DNA of 27,111 nucleotides, taken from a virus (taxonomy: Duplodnaviria; Caudoviricetes). Every line of letters starts with the position of its first letter. Position 1 is the first letter of the stretch. The stretch lies in the IMG/VR virus record IMGVR_UViG_3300037470_000789, positions 1 to 27,111 of that record. The stretch is one strand, 5' to 3'. Of the stretch, positions 9,383 to 18,722 are shown one piece after another. Below the pieces are notes generated by a model. It saw only the letters and a program-made list of their open reading frames with translations. It searched no databases and had not been told where the DNA came from. Position numbers and translations under genes: made by a program.

Positions 9383-10849
9383 CTAGAGAATGAACTGCAC
9401 CTGGGCCGCGAAGACCCGGAGCTGGTTGACCAGGTCGGGCGGGGCCAGGACATCGAGGCGGTTGGGATCGTCGGCGTTACGTTCGACAATCAGCTCATCC
9501 TTGTACTGATCGAGGTTCTCGACCAGCCCCTTGTTCTCCCACTCCCGGGCCAGGGCGACCAGCTCGGCCCTGATTGTCTTCGCGGTGACGATGGCCTGCC
9601 CGGCCCCGAAGTTGGTGCCGTCGTCGGCAAGCTTGTGGCGCGGGAACTTCTGGGTGATCCTGGCCCGGAGGCTGTAGCGCAGATAGCTCAGGGCGGCCAG
9701 AGTGGTCACGTCGAGGTAGCTCGACGCCGCGACCCCGAAGGCATTTTCTTGATACATGGTGATCGCCCGCTCGATCCGGACCTGGCCGCCGGCATCGACG
9801 TAGTGGGTGGCGATGCCGTCATATAAAAGGAGATTGCGCTCCGACTGCTGCCATTGCACGGTTTTGGCCGGGGGCATGATGCCTTTTAAGACCAAAGTCT
9901 GAAGCGGCCGGGCCGGATCGATCGACAGCGAGGCGGCGGCCTGGGCGGCGTAGGCGGCGGCCCAGATATATGGCGGCTGCGGGGCGAGATTGGTGCCGAG
10001 CGCGGTGACATGGGGCGAGTTGCGGCCGTCTCCGAAACTCTGGGCGGCGCTGTAGTTGCCGCGATAAGCGGCGTAGGCCATGCCGTCGATCATCCGGGTA
10101 CCGCTGGTCCGGTCGACCATTTCGGCCTCCAGCAAAACCAAGTTGGCATCGTCGGTGTAGGGCATGACCACGCCCTGGTACCATTCGTCGCCCATGGCGG
10201 CGATGGCGTTGGTGATATCCGGATTACCGGCGCCGTCGGCCATGTCGACGATAGCGCAGGTCAACCCGGCCGGCAGGGCTTCGCCGGTGTAGTAGTTCAG
10301 CCGCAAGTCGATGTCGTTGCCGTTTTCGCCGCCATTGCGGGCGGTGACCGTAACCACGCCCAGGGCGGCGGCGGCGGTGACCGGCAGCGAGGTGTCGGCG
10401 CTGATCGCAGCGGCGACGGCGGTGGCGATATCGGCCACGGCGTCACCGGAGGCGACCGCGACGGTGAGCCGCTTGCCGGCGATATAAAGATAAATCACCC
10501 CGGCGGCGGTCGGCGCGCCACCAAAGGTCAGGGTGCCTTCGGCGGCGACTGCCGCCCCGCTATCGGCCTGGGGCATTGCCCAGACTTCGACAAACTTGTT
10601 GTTGGCCTTCAAGGCCCGGATCATCTCGGTAATCTGCGCGCCCCGGCCGAACTGGGCCTCGGCGGCGTCGTAGGAGGGGATCGCGACCGGGACATTTTCG
10701 ACCGCCGCCCCGGTTGCCAGCATCTGGCCCAGGACCAAAAGCCGAAACGGCAGGGCCGGAGTGCCGACCACGGCCTGGGTGTTGTTGAACTCGATATAGG
10801 CCAGCGGCACCCGCAGGGCCGAGGGGATGGTATCAAATGAGATAGGCAT
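9383..10849 (-). CDS. Tail sheath protein, Mu gpL-like
   Basis: MPISFDTIP..RVPL.YIEF, DPARPLQTL, ERN.LLYDGIAT, KFPRHKLADDG, DPNRLDV motifs. Confidence 0.95.
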   Translation of the reverse strand: MPISFDTIPSALRVPLAYIEFNNTQAVVGTPALPFRLLVLGQMLATGAAVENVPVAIPSYDAAEAQFGRGAQITEMIRALKANNKFVEVWAMPQADSGAAVAAEGTLTFGGAPTAAGVIYLYIAGKRLTVAVASGDAVADIATAVAAAISADTSLPVTAAAALGVVTVTARNGGENGNDIDLRLNYYTGEALPAGLTCAIVDMADGAGNPDITNAIAAMGDEWYQGVVMPYTDDANLVLLEAEMVDRTSGTRMIDGMAYAAYRGNYSAAQSFGDGRNSPHVTALGTNLAPQPPYIWAAAYAAQAAASLSIDPARPLQTLVLKGIMPPAKTVQWQQSERNLLLYDGIATHYVDAGGQVRIERAITMYQENAFGVAASSYLDVTTLAALSYLRYSLRARITQKFPRHKLADDGTNFGAGQAIVTAKTIRAELVALAREWENKGLVENLDQYKDELIVERNADDPNRLDVLAPPDLVNQLRVFAAQVQFIL

Positions 10850-11055
10850 TATTTACGGGCCTCCCTGGTTTTGGTTGCATCGTTTTTTTTGTCGGCATCG
10901 GCATCGATCACCGAGCCGTCGAGGAGCCGCCTGGTCCAGTACGTGGAGGGCTTGACCCGCTCGCCTTTCGCGGCCAGGGTCCGGGCCGGGTCGTCGGGGA
11001 ACCTGACCACCGCGCCCGCCTTGGCCGGTTTGATATGTAGTGTCTTGTCGCTCAT
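10849..11055 (-). CDS. Mu gp38-like small protein (DUF2635)
   Basis: KPA..VVRFPD..L...GE.V..STYWTRRLLDGSV; start at MSDK with RBS GAGG. Confidence 0.8.
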   Translation of the reverse strand: MSDKTLHIKPAKAGAVVRFPDDPARTLAAKGERVKPSTYWTRRLLDGSVIDADADKKNDATKTREARK

Positions 11056-11063
11056 CGCTATCC

Positions 11064-11609
11064 TCACTCGGTCGGCAAAATTATCTGATCAATGGCGTCG
11101 ACGGTGCCGTCCGTCGGGGCCAGATCGTAATCGACATAGGCCCGGACAAAGTCATCCAGGTCGGCCGGATCCACCCGGCCGAGATCGACCAGATGGTTAA
11201 ACGTCAACGCCCAGAGCGAGACGCCCTGGCGGTCGAGCTCGCGGGAAAAAAGATTGTCGGCCCGGACATCCCTGGCCCCGTCGACCGAGGCCTCCAGGGT
11301 CCAGCAGTTGCCGGGGAGCACCGCGCCGAGGGTCGCGACCATGGCCAGGGCCACCGCGTCGCGCCGGGAGGCGACCTGGTCGGCGGCGACGATAAAGACG
11401 CCCCAGACCGATCTAGCCTTGGCGACCGCCCCCTCGAACTCGATACCGCTGAGGCCCAGGCAGGCGACCCGGGCGGCCGGGGCCTTGGTCGCGGCCGCCT
11501 TGATCTCGGCCAGGCCGAAGCGGCCGCCGTGCTCCTTGACTTCCTTGAGGCTCGGCGCCGCCGTTTTGATTCCGGCGACGATCTTGTCTCTGAGCTGGGT
11601 CAGGATCAT
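11064..11609 (-). CDS. Tail terminator-like protein, Mu gp37 position
   Basis: HGGRF..E...APA.RVA.LG and NLFS motifs; sits before gp38 and sheath. Confidence 0.7.
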   Translation of the reverse strand: MILTQLRDKIVAGIKTAAPSLKEVKEHGGRFGLAEIKAAATKAPAARVACLGLSGIEFEGAVAKARSVWGVFIVAADQVASRRDAVALAMVATLGAVLPGNCWTLEASVDGARDVRADNLFSRELDRQGVSLWALTFNHLVDLGRVDPADLDDFVRAYVDYDLAPTDGTVDAIDQIILPTE

Positions 11610-12052
11610 GGCAGCACCCTCGATATAAAGTTGTCGATCGCGTCATCGAGCTCGGCTTCGTCGTCGCGCGACAGGCCGAGAAAGGGCCGGGCCGGGATAT
11701 TGCGCTTTTCGTCGCCGAACTGGTGGGTGGCGGCATAGATCATATTGGAGCCGATCTCGACCCGGTCGCCGGCCAGGGCGACGGCATAACCGATCGAGCC
11801 GAGCAAGAGGCCTTCGCCCTCCAGGAGCGAGTGGCCGCCGTGACGCTTGGCCGCGTAGGCGTCGGACCACTGCGGCCACTCGTTGCCGTCCGGATCCTCC
11901 TTGCCGTCGGTGATCCGCCGCCGGGTCTGGCTCTCGACCTTGGCCCCGATCAGATCGAGCAGGCCCCGGCGGTCGATCTTGCCGAGATCCCCGACCCGGC
12001 GGCGCAGGACATCGAGGCCGGAAAGGTCGTATGTCAGCCCGGCGCCGCTCAT
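11606..12052 (-). CDS. Virion morphogenesis protein (Mu gpG / P2 gpS family)
   Basis: DPDGNEWP, GSNMIYAATHQFG, IPARPFLGLS motifs. Confidence 0.92.
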   Translation of the reverse strand: MSGAGLTYDLSGLDVLRRRVGDLGKIDRRGLLDLIGAKVESQTRRRITDGKEDPDGNEWPQWSDAYAAKRHGGHSLLEGEGLLLGSIGYAVALAGDRVEIGSNMIYAATHQFGDEKRNIPARPFLGLSRDDEAELDDAIDNFISRVLP

Positions 12053-12477
12053 CAGCGCATATCCCGGGTGCGGCTACGGGTAAAGATCCGCTCGCCGGCG
12101 TCGAAACTGGCCCCGCTGCCGCCGTTCGGCGCGGAGGGGTCGTTGGCGAAGAGCTTGATCTTGCCCTGGGCCAGCATGGTCAGGAACTTGATCGCGTCCT
12201 CGAACCGCTTGCGGATCTCCTCGGTGACCACCGCGCCCTGGGCGCCGCGATAGATCGCGATATCGCAGCAGTACAGGACCAAAAGCGGCGGTACCGTGGC
12301 TAAAGGCAGGGTGTAGACCCCGGCCAGGTAGCCGTCGATCTCGTTTGAGGCGTCGGCCAGGGCCGCGCTCTCGGCGGCGGAGTCGAGCATGCCGTCGCCG
12401 TCGCGGTCAAAGGTGACCGTCACGGCGTCATTGCCGTGACGGTTGACCATATCGTCGTGGGTCGCGTAAACCGGCAT
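12052..12477 (-). CDS. Head-tail adaptor, Mu gp36 (DUF1320)-like
   Basis: YAT..DM, AL.DAS.EIDGYL..Y.LPL..VP, CCDIAIY motifs. Confidence 0.92.
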   Translation of the reverse strand: MPVYATHDDMVNRHGNDAVTVTFDRDGDGMLDSAAESAALADASNEIDGYLAGVYTLPLATVPPLLVLYCCDIAIYRGAQGAVVTEEIRKRFEDAIKFLTMLAQGKIKLFANDPSAPNGGSGASFDAGERIFTRSRTRDMR

Positions 12478-12918
12478 TTACTTTGAGCCCTCGGAAACGA
12501 TCTTCCAGGCGGCGTCGCGATCGGTGGCGCTGATCTGCCTGCCGAGGATGGTCTCCAAGGCGACGACTTGCGGTTTGCCGCTGGTGGTCCAGTGCTCGGT
12601 ATTGTCCGGATCCAGCTGGGCGATTGCTTCGACAATGGTCATCGAGTCGGCCGCCGACGGTTTAGCGGGAGCGGCTGCTGCCGGTTTGGCCGCTGCCGGT
12701 TTGGCCGCAGCGGGTTTTGCCGGTGCAGCGGGTTTTGCCGGTGCGGCGGGTTTTTCGGGCGCCGGATCGGCGACCTCTTCGACAATCAGCATCGGCTCGG
12801 CCCGAAGGGTTTTAAGCTCTTTCTTGCTGAACTTGTCGTTCGGATATTCGACCGCCTCGGCGGAGTGCCGCATATTGCAGCGCCGGAAGCCGTCTCTTTT
12901 CGATCTGATTCGGATCAT
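12478..12918 (-). CDS. Mu gp35 / HI1506-like protein with Pro/Ala/Lys linker
   Basis: I.SKRDGFRRC..H..L.AEPML.V N-terminal domain, PAAPAK/PAAAK repeats, C-terminal WT.SGKP.V.ALE domain. Confidence 0.8.
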   Translation of the reverse strand: MIRIRSKRDGFRRCNMRHSAEAVEYPNDKFSKKELKTLRAEPMLIVEEVADPAPEKPAAPAKPAAPAKPAAAKPAAAKPAAAAPAKPSAADSMTIVEAIAQLDPDNTEHWTTSGKPQVVALETILGRQISATDRDAAWKIVSEGSK

Positions 12919-12958
12919 TTTTATTTACCTCAATACAATTGATTAAAATTCAAGGGCT

Positions 12959-12984
12959 GCCGGGGCCGTTTTACCGGCCCCGGC
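12959..12984 (-). terminator. Stem-loop after capsid gene
   Basis: GCCGGGGCCG-6 nt-CGGCCCCGGC perfect 10-bp stem, 20 bp after the capsid stop; weak T-tract. Confidence 0.65.
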
Positions 12985-13004
12985 GTTACGGGTACGGCTA
13001 TCTA

Positions 13005-14054
13005 TCAGCCGGCCCCGGTGGAAGCGGCGGAAAGCTGCCAGAGGCCGTAACCGCCGGCGGCCCGAGCTTCGGCGCCGTACTTGAATTTTTTACGCATGAA
13101 GACATCGTCGCTGTCCGGATTGACCGCCGAGACAAAAACCGGCGCCTTGCGCTCCTGATAAACAAAGGGCTTAAGCGGCCGGTTGGTGACGTGCAGCATG
13201 TAAGCGGTGGCGCTGGTCAAACGGGGATTGACCTTGACCGTGCAGGTGCCCTTGTAGGGATTGGGGCTGTTGTCCTGGAGCTTGCCCACGGCGGCGATGA
13301 TGTTCGCCACGCCCTCCAGGGCCGGGGGAACTTCCAAAAGATCCGGGACCAGGCCCAGGGGCCGGCCTTCGTCGTCGGTGAAGCCCATGATCGCGTGACG
13401 CAAAGCGCCATAGCTCGCTTCGACCAAGGCCAGGGTGGCGGCGGACAGGACGGCGGTTTTAAGGTTGGAAACGCTGGCCACCTCGACCTCGACGCCATTA
13501 CCGACCGGATGATCGGTGTCGTAGAAATACTGGCCGTCGTAACAGGCCGCCGCGAAAGCGCCGTTTTTCAGCTCGGCGTCCAGTTCGTCCGGGAGCTGCT
13601 TGGAGCTGAACCCGGCCTCCTGGGCCATCGGTCCGTAGATCCCCAGGGTATCGTCATCGATATCGTTGCGGTCCACCTCGACCGTGGCCTCGAAGTCCTC
13701 GTTGACGATGGTGTAGCCGAAGGCGGACAGGGACTTGATCATCTTGTCGCCGAGCCAGCGCCGCATCTTCGGAAAACGGGAGAGCCAGTTATAGTTGTTC
13801 TGGCTCGAGCCGGACGGCACCTTCATCGTGGTCTTCTCCCAGTCGCTGGGAGCGGCCTCGAATGCCTTGTTAAAGGTGGTCTTGAGATTCAAAAAGACCG
13901 CCTCCAGGTTTGCTTTATTGATGATCATCCCGCCGAGCAGCGGCAGACTGAGCATGTCGGGGTCCATAACACGGGCCGCCTCGGCGGGCGGGGCCAGGAC
14001 GGCCAGGCCCAGACAGCCGATCAGGCCGAACAAAAGAGTTAAAAAGGTTTTCAT
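13005..14054 (-). CDS. Major capsid protein, Mu gpT-like, with 42-aa hydrophobic N-terminal extension
   Basis: gpT motifs WL..FPKMR.W.G, NEDFEATVEVDRNDIDDD.LG.Y, CYDGQYFYDTDHPV, KPFVYQER, YG.EAR..GYG.WQ. RBS GGAGG before 14054; the gpT-like part starts at Met43 (13928). Confidence 0.93.
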   Translation of the reverse strand: MKTFLTLLFGLIGCLGLAVLAPPAEAARVMDPDMLSLPLLGGMIINKANLEAVFLNLKTTFNKAFEAAPSDWEKTTMKVPSGSSQNNYNWLSRFPKMRRWLGDKMIKSLSAFGYTIVNEDFEATVEVDRNDIDDDTLGIYGPMAQEAGFSSKQLPDELDAELKNGAFAAACYDGQYFYDTDHPVGNGVEVEVASVSNLKTAVLSAATLALVEASYGALRHAIMGFTDDEGRPLGLVPDLLEVPPALEGVANIIAAVGKLQDNSPNPYKGTCTVKVNPRLTSATAYMLHVTNRPLKPFVYQERKAPVFVSAVNPDSDDVFMRKKFKYGAEARAAGGYGLWQLSAASTGAG

Positions 14055-14113
14055 GTTGATCCTCCAAAAATTGATGAGAGTTATTGTTGATTGCCGTTTG
14101 CTTTTATTGATGA

Positions 14114-14986
14114 TTATCCGACGGTCGACAATGCCGCGCCGTCGTTGGCCGCTACCCGCCAGACCAAAGCGCCGCCGACCTGGACCGCTACCAACTCAAG
14201 CAGGTCACCGGCATCGGCCATGGTGATTGTGTTATTGCCCGCCTGGTTGATCGCGGTGGCGGCGGTGATTACCGCGTCGCCCGCGTCGACATCGAGAGAG
14301 ACAGACAGCTTCTGGCCGGCGAAGGTCGGATCCGCCAGGGTCCGGGTATCGTCGACGCCGGCAGTGGTCAGGGCGCACTGGCCGGAGCGGGTTACCGGGA
14401 TCGCGCCGCCGTCGCCGGGATCGGCAATCTCGATCGCCGCCCGAACCAGCAGTTCGGCGGCCAGGGTTTCGAGGTTGACCGTGTCGGTCAATCCGCCGGC
14501 ATCGGCCAGGCTGACCGCCGAGGCAGCATGGGCGCCTAGAGCGTCGGCGATATGGGTGGCGACATCGGCCTGTTTGATCGCCGGCTCGATATCGATCCAG
14601 GCCAGGTTGGCCGAGACATATTCGGCGATGATCCCGCAGAAAATGTTGTTATCGACATTGGCGGCCAGGTCGACGGTCTGGTCATCGTCGAGGAAAACGT
14701 TATCGCCGACATTGGCCTGAGTGATCGCGGTGCCCAGGGCGAAGAGGAAAAGACCCCGCCGCCGGACGTTGCATTTGATATCGCCGTTGGCTCCGGCGGC
14801 GTTGTCGGCCCGTTCGTCGGCCACGCCGTGGAAGATCAGGCCGGCGGTATCGCTGCCGGGGTTCAGGTAGCCCGCCGCGTTGACGGCGACCAGGCTGCCG
14901 CCGAAGATAATGTCGGCGGCGACCACCGGGGCCGAGACCAGGACACCGTCCTTCCTCGGGGTATTGCGGTCTTTCGATAATGGCAT
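14114..14986 (-). CDS. Capsid cement/decoration-like protein with C-terminal extra domain
   Basis: L..DRNTP..DG, DN..GANGD, ITQANVG..DDQTV motifs of the protein found between protease and capsid in Mu-like phages; RBS AAGGAG. Confidence 0.7.
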   Translation of the reverse strand: MPLSKDRNTPRKDGVLVSAPVVAADIIFGGSLVAVNAAGYLNPGSDTAGLIFHGVADERADNAAGANGDIKCNVRRRGLFLFALGTAITQANVGDNVFLDDDQTVDLAANVDNNIFCGIIAEYVSANLAWIDIEPAIKQADVATHIADALGAHAASAVSLADAGGLTDTVNLETLAAELLVRAAIEIADPGDGGAIPVTRSGQCALTTAGVDDTRTLADPTFAGQKLSVSLDVDAGDAVITAATAINQAGNNTITMADAGDLLELVAVQVGGALVWRVAANDGAALSTVG

Positions 14987-15051
14987 GATATGCTCCTTTT
15001 GCTTTGTTGATTAGAGTTGTTGGTAGTGCTCCCCTGACTGCCCCGGCCGGA

Positions 15052-15555
15052 TCAGGCCCCGGCCTGGCCGTACTTCTTCAGATCCTCGGCCGAGTTGCCG
15101 AACATGGCGCTGATCTTCTTTTGATCGGCGTTCAGGGCGAGGCCCTTGTCCTTGTTCGGGTCCTTGCCGTCCAGGTCGCTGCCCTGGGCGACGACCGGGG
15201 CCGACTCGACAAACTTCGTGAAGGCAACCAGTCCGCCCTCGGCCCGACAGCTCGCGACATAAAAATCCTTGGAGGCCGGGGTGATCTTGCCGGCGGCCAG
15301 GGCGGCGTTGATCGCGGTGTCGATCTCTTTCTCCTGGTCGGCTTTTTTGGCGTCGGCCAGGGCAGTCTCGGCATTGGTCGCCCGGGCGGTTACCGCGTCG
15401 TAGTCGGACCGGGGCACGAACTTATCGAGGCTAGGGGTCTCGGCCCGGTTCGCGGCCGTGGCCAGGTCGGACTTGAGCTTCTCGACGGCATTCAGCGCCG
15501 TGGTTTCATCGGTCCCTTCGGCCAGACCGAGGGCGGCCAAAATCTTTTTCAGCAT
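15052..15555 (-). CDS. Internally initiated scaffold protein (Mu gpZ-like)
   Basis: Strong in-gene RBS GAGGAGGA before in-frame ATG (MLKKILAALGL), as in the Mu I/Z arrangement. Confidence 0.7.
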   Translation of the reverse strand: MLKKILAALGLAEGTDETTALNAVEKLKSDLATAANRAETPSLDKFVPRSDYDAVTARATNAETALADAKKADQEKEIDTAINAALAAGKITPASKDFYVASCRAEGGLVAFTKFVESAPVVAQGSDLDGKDPNKDKGLALNADQKKISAMFGNSAEDLKKYGQAGA

Positions 15556-16092
15556 GGTAAAATCCTCCTCTTGTGGTTGTTTGGTCCCCTCTCGGTTGAG
15601 GGCTTGCAAATTAAGGTTTGGTTTATTAGTGAGTCCCACTGAGCTGATCCCGACGATCCTCCCCGTGGCTTTTTCATAAATCAAGACCGGCGAGAGATAG
15701 CGGTATTCGCGGTTGGTTACAGATTGGAGCCCTTTCGGAGTCCATTCGGTCCGGCACCAGACCGCGCCACCCTCCCTGATTTCCATCTCGACCCCCCAGG
15801 CGGCGGCCGGAGCTGCTTCGCCCTTGGGCGCTTTGTGTTCCGAACTATGCTCCCAGTCGATCGGCAAATCCCGGTTGTGGGCTTTGAGCGCGGCGAAATG
15901 ATCCAGCACCCCCTGGGGCCGATCGTTCAGCCAGTTTCGGCCGTCGATGCCGACCACCTGCTCGCCGGCCGGGATCAGTTCGACCCAGGCCGGAGCCGAG
16001 CCGTCTTCGCCGAGTTCGACGTTTAAGGCGACGGCGGTGCGGTCAACAGACTCATCGTTATTAAGGGCTATTTGTAATCTGCTGGTTTGCAT
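15052..16092 (-). CDS. Prohead protease/scaffold, Mu gp32 (I)-like
   Basis: WVELIPAG, DGR.W, PIDWEH, APAAAW, WTP.G..EYRYLSPV, LTNKPNL. Start at 16092 preferred (RBS GGAG). Confidence 0.93.
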   Translation of the reverse strand: MQTSRLQIALNNDESVDRTAVALNVELGEDGSAPAWVELIPAGEQVVGIDGRNWLNDRPQGVLDHFAALKAHNRDLPIDWEHSSEHKAPKGEAAPAAAWGVEMEIREGGAVWCRTEWTPKGLQSVTNREYRYLSPVLIYEKATGRIVGISSVGLTNKPNLNLQALNREGTKQPQEEDFTMLKKILAALGLAEGTDETTALNAVEKLKSDLATAANRAETPSLDKFVPRSDYDAVTARATNAETALADAKKADQEKEIDTAINAALAAGKITPASKDFYVASCRAEGGLVAFTKFVESAPVVAQGSDLDGKDPNKDKGLALNADQKKISAMFGNSAEDLKKYGQAGA

Positions 16093-16223
16093 GGCTCGGT
16101 CTCCGTCCTGATCCTCGTTTAAAATGCGTTTAAAGTTTCCTGTGCTGTTTTGCCGGTCCCGGCCCGGCACGTCCGGGCGTCCTTTTGGTCATTCGGCGCT
16201 CAGACGGCGTTTTTCGGCCTCGG

Positions 16224-17138
16224 TCAGTTATTGAGGCGTCGATACGCCTCCAGGTCCTTTTTCGCCGCCTCGGCGAGGAGCGGATCCGCGTCGACCAGCT
16301 TGCCCTTGATGTACTTGTCCATGTTTCGCTGGCGGCTCTTGCCGGGGTTGTTGCTCCAGCCGGGATCGATGCCCTCCGGCACCATCTCGATCTCGCCGGT
16401 CCGCTTGTTCTGCCATTCGACTCGGCGGATCTTCGGGGCCTGGGTCCGGACCGGCTGATAGGTCTTTTCGAGCCGGCCGGTCGGCAGGCCGGTCTCGGGA
16501 TCGAGGACCTGCCTGCGGTCGGCGGCGGGCAGGCCGTTTTCGATCAGCTTGCCGTGCTCCGGCCGGCTCACCTGCCGCTGCCGGCATTTGCAGCCCCAGC
16601 CCGACGGGGCGAAGTGCGTGTCCCAGAAGGGATCGTCCACAGGCAGCAGGGTGCCGTGCCAGTCGACATGCTCGGGCCGATGCTCCCGGCTCGGCCCCAG
16701 GGTGCGGAGGATATAGGGCAGATCCTCCTTAGTCCTCTCCATCCGCTGCCACTGCCCGGCGGCGTGGGCGGTGCGCAGGTTGGCGTTATAGATCGTCTTC
16801 AACCGCCTGGGGCTGCCGAGCTGAACCGCGCCGGTATCGCCGGTAATCGGGTCGGTCATTATCGAGCGGCCCCACCAGCCTTTCGCCTCCAGGATTGGTT
16901 GCAATTCCTTCTGAAACTGACGCAGGGTTTTGCCCTCAGCGATGGCCTGGTCGACGGCGTCGCGGAGATCGGTCAGCACGTCGATCTCGGTCGCCTTGGC
17001 GACCGTAAAGGCGTAGCTGTGCTCCTCCAGCCAGACATCGCGGTAGTCGAAAGCCGGGCGCAGACCTTTGCGGCGGAAATAGTCCAGGGCGTCGACCGGG
17101 ACCGGGCCGGGTCCGGTTATTTTGACCGGAGTCCTCAT
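16224..17138 (-). CDS. Head morphogenesis protein, Mu gp30 (F)-like
   Basis: AFTVAK, L.AKGWWG, RRLKTIY..N..A.AAG.W, R.EH..WHG..DDPFW..P.GWGCKC. Confidence 0.93.
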   Translation of the reverse strand: MRTPVKITGPGPVPVDALDYFRRKGLRPAFDYRDVWLEEHSYAFTVAKATEIDVLTDLRDAVDQAIAEGKTLRQFQKELQPILEAKGWWGRSIMTDPITGDTGAVQLGSPRRLKTIYNANLRTAHAAGQWQRMERTKEDLPYILRTLGPSREHRPEHVDWHGTLLPVDDPFWDTHFAPSGWGCKCRQRQVSRPEHGKLIENGLPAADRRQVLDPETGLPTGRLEKTYQPVRTQAPKIRRVEWQNKRTGEIEMVPEGIDPGWSNNPGKSRQRNMDKYIKGKLVDADPLLAEAAKKDLEAYRRLNN

Positions 17139-18718
17139 CCGAGATCGTCCGTGGCGTCGCCCAGGCCCCGGGCTTTGAAGGTCGCTTCGGCCAGGCTCTC
17201 GATCAAACCGGCCAGGGGCAGGGTCCCGGCCAGCTCGGTCAGGCGGTCGCGGAGATCCTCGATAGTGCCGCCCTCGGCCAGGAGCTCCTCGATCAAATCC
17301 TCGACGGTCTCGGCGACCGGGGCCATCACCCGCTCCCAGCCCGCCAGGGCCTCATCGGCCGTGTCGTCAAGGGTGTCGTCTTCGTCGCCGGCCCGGTTCG
17401 CGGCCGTGGCGCAATGCGGGCAGCTATGCCCGGCCCGGTTGTCAGCCGAAGCCAGATCGGCCGGGGCCGGAGCGGCGGGCGGCTGCAAAAGATCTTCCGG
17501 CTTGGCGTTGGCGGCGGGGTCCGGCAGGCCCATCCGGTCGCGGATTACCGACTGCTCGACCCGCAACCCCAGGGGGACCAGCTTATCGAGCGCTTCGGCC
17601 AGGGCCTTGGTGTCCTCCGGGGTCTCGGCCCGGAGCTGGACTGTCGGATACTCCGCCTGGGGGCCGTGGTTGAGATCGATAAAGGCCCTGATCAGGTCGC
17701 GGTTGATGGTCTCCTCAAGCTGCTCGGCGTCGTCGTCGCGGATATCGTCGCGGACCTTGGACTGGGCCTCATCGTTGCCGAGCTTGCCGGGGGTGCCCTG
17801 GGTCGTGGCGGTCTGGCCGAGGATGCCCCGGGATATCTGGGCGTCGAGATAGTCGGCCAGGCGCTGAAAGAAATCGATCGAACCGGCCTTGGCGGCCTCG
17901 ATCAGCTCGATCTCCATGCCCTGGGGAAAGACGGCGGCGGCATCGGTGCCGAGATTGGCCACCGCCATCCGCAGGACCGCCTTGTCCGCCTCGCTGGCGC
18001 CGGGGCCGTACTTGCCGAGGCGCAGCGGCATGCCGAAGACTTCGGCGAAGGCGAGCCAGTCCTTGATCGTGTAGCCCTTGCACATCCAGGCCCAGGCGGC
18101 GAGGCGGGCCAGGCCGCCCCGGATCGGGATGCCGCTCTTGATGTGCGGCTTATGGACCAAAAACTTATAGGGGGCCAGGGGCAGGCCGTCCATCATCTCG
18201 GCATCGTCGCGAAGGCGGACTTCGGAGCGGGTCAGCTGGTCGAACTGGAAAAACTTGGGATCGCGCCACTTGTAGGCCCGGGGGGTCCAGACCGCGCCGT
18301 ACTGCCAGTCGATCTCGACCACGGAGTAACCCTTGCCGAGCGCGTCGAGCAGATCCTTGATCATGTTGCGAACCCCGGGCTTGCGCAGCAGGCTCCGGAC
18401 TTCGTCGGCAAGCTTCACGTCTCCGGCGGCGTCGCTGGCCGCCTCGACGGTGAGCGGCAGCCGGCCGACCGCCAGTTTGCGCTTGGAGAGCTCGCAGGCG
18501 TAATGGAGATCGCGCTCTTCCATCTCCTCGGCCAGGGTCAGATAGGAGTCGTGATCGCCGTCGGCGGCGGAGCGCAAAATAGCGGCAAGCCGATCCGGGG
18601 TCAGGCCGCCGGCGACGGTATCGGTCCAGATGGTCCGGACCCCGGTCATGGTCGGCCCGGCGTGCTCGGTTTTCAATGCCGAGGTTTTGACCGGTCGGCC
18701 GTAGGCGTCTAACAACAT
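17135..18718 (-). CDS. Portal protein, Mu gp29 (DUF935)-like
   Basis: LAEEMEERD.H, DALGKGYS..EI.W, F.EVFGMP.RLGKY, ILGQT.TT. Confidence 0.95.
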   Translation of the reverse strand: MLLDAYGRPVKTSALKTEHAGPTMTGVRTIWTDTVAGGLTPDRLAAILRSAADGDHDSYLTLAEEMEERDLHYACELSKRKLAVGRLPLTVEAASDAAGDVKLADEVRSLLRKPGVRNMIKDLLDALGKGYSVVEIDWQYGAVWTPRAYKWRDPKFFQFDQLTRSEVRLRDDAEMMDGLPLAPYKFLVHKPHIKSGIPIRGGLARLAAWAWMCKGYTIKDWLAFAEVFGMPLRLGKYGPGASEADKAVLRMAVANLGTDAAAVFPQGMEIELIEAAKAGSIDFFQRLADYLDAQISRGILGQTATTQGTPGKLGNDEAQSKVRDDIRDDDAEQLEETINRDLIRAFIDLNHGPQAEYPTVQLRAETPEDTKALAEALDKLVPLGLRVEQSVIRDRMGLPDPAANAKPEDLLQPPAAPAPADLASADNRAGHSCPHCATAANRAGDEDDTLDDTADEALAGWERVMAPVAETVEDLIEELLAEGGTIEDLRDRLTELAGTLPLAGLIESLAEATFKARGLGDATDDLG

Positions 18719-18722
18719 GATC

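Noticed and set aside
11606-12052. gpG-like gene lying after gp36 instead of after F as a novelty
   Set aside because: A common gene-order variant among Mu-like prophages.
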